A DNA stretch of 64,000 nt, from the NCBI GenBank assembly GCA_002633005.1, contig NMRA01000109.1, positions 919,122-983,121 on the forward strand, written 5' to 3'. The notes beneath the pieces were generated by a model. That model made no database searches. It saw only the letters and a list, made by a program, of their open reading frames with translations, and was not told the DNA's origin. Position 1 is the first letter of the stretch. Every line of letters begins with the position of its first letter. A program made the position numbers and the translations under genes. This document shows positions 63,491 to 64,000 of this stretch, piece by piece. Source of the DNA: Phoronis australis. Its lineage: Eukaryota > Animalia > Phoronida.

Positions 63491-64000
63491 AATTCCGACG
63501 TAGCACTCAGGCGGGCCTCAGCCAAGCTGCCGGAGGGTGCGCAGGCAGGCTCCGACGTAGCACTTAGGCGGGCCGCAGCCAAGCTGCCGGAGGCAGCGCG
63601 GGCGGGCTCCGAGGTAGCACTTAGGCGGGCCGCAGCCAAGCTGCCGGAGGCAGCGCGTGCGGGCTCCGACGTAGCACTTAGGCCGGCCGCAGCCAAGCTG
63701 CCGGAGGCAGCGCGGGCGGGCTCCGACGTAGCACTTAGGCGGGCCGCAGCCAAGCTGCCGGAGGCAGCGCGGGCAGGCCCGGGCGTGGCACCTAGGCGGG
63801 CCTCCGCCAAGCGGCCGGAGGCAGCGCGGGCAGGCCCGGGCGTGGCACCTAGGCGGGCCTCCGCCAAGCGGCCGGAGGCAGCCTCAGCCAAGCGGCCGGA
63901 GGCAGCGCGGGCAGGTCCGGGCGTGGCACCTAGGCGGGCCTCAGCCAAGCGGCCGGAGGCAGCGCGGGCAGGCCCGGGCGTGGCACCTAGGCGGGCCTCA
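63303..64000 (+). repeat. GC-rich 57-bp minisatellite, array 2 (~12 copies, runs off the window)
   Basis: Same unit, with progressively more GC-rich variants toward 64000. Confidence 0.95.

Noticed and set aside
62219-64000. CRISPR array
   Set aside because: Units are contiguous with no unique spacers, there are no cas genes, and the context is eukaryotic.

Overview
Metazoan, probably invertebrate, genomic DNA with spliceosomal introns and small assembly gaps; nothing prokaryotic and no CRISPR array. Genes: (1) the probable first codons of a minus-strand gene at the left edge, sharing a divergent promoter with (2) an 8-coding-exon gene (2176-12598, 854 aa by my splice model) encoding an AT-hook plus 13 C2H2 zinc fingers; (3) three paralogous MS4A/CD20-like four-transmembrane genes about 10 kb apart (33696, 43133, 53813), each with its recognisable CDS in one exon. 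The rest is transposon-rich: a decayed hAT transposase element and about nine CA..TG-ended MITE insertions with 5-bp target duplications, two Helentron-associated (HINE-like) elements carrying arrays of CTCF-like motifs, THAP-bearing TTAA (Kolobok-type) elements including a fold-back copy, Tc1/mariner, L1/Tx1 and CR1-group LINE remnants, a P-element-like footprint and a GC-rich 57-bp minisatellite. Family assignments come from motif recognition by eye; no database searches were run.
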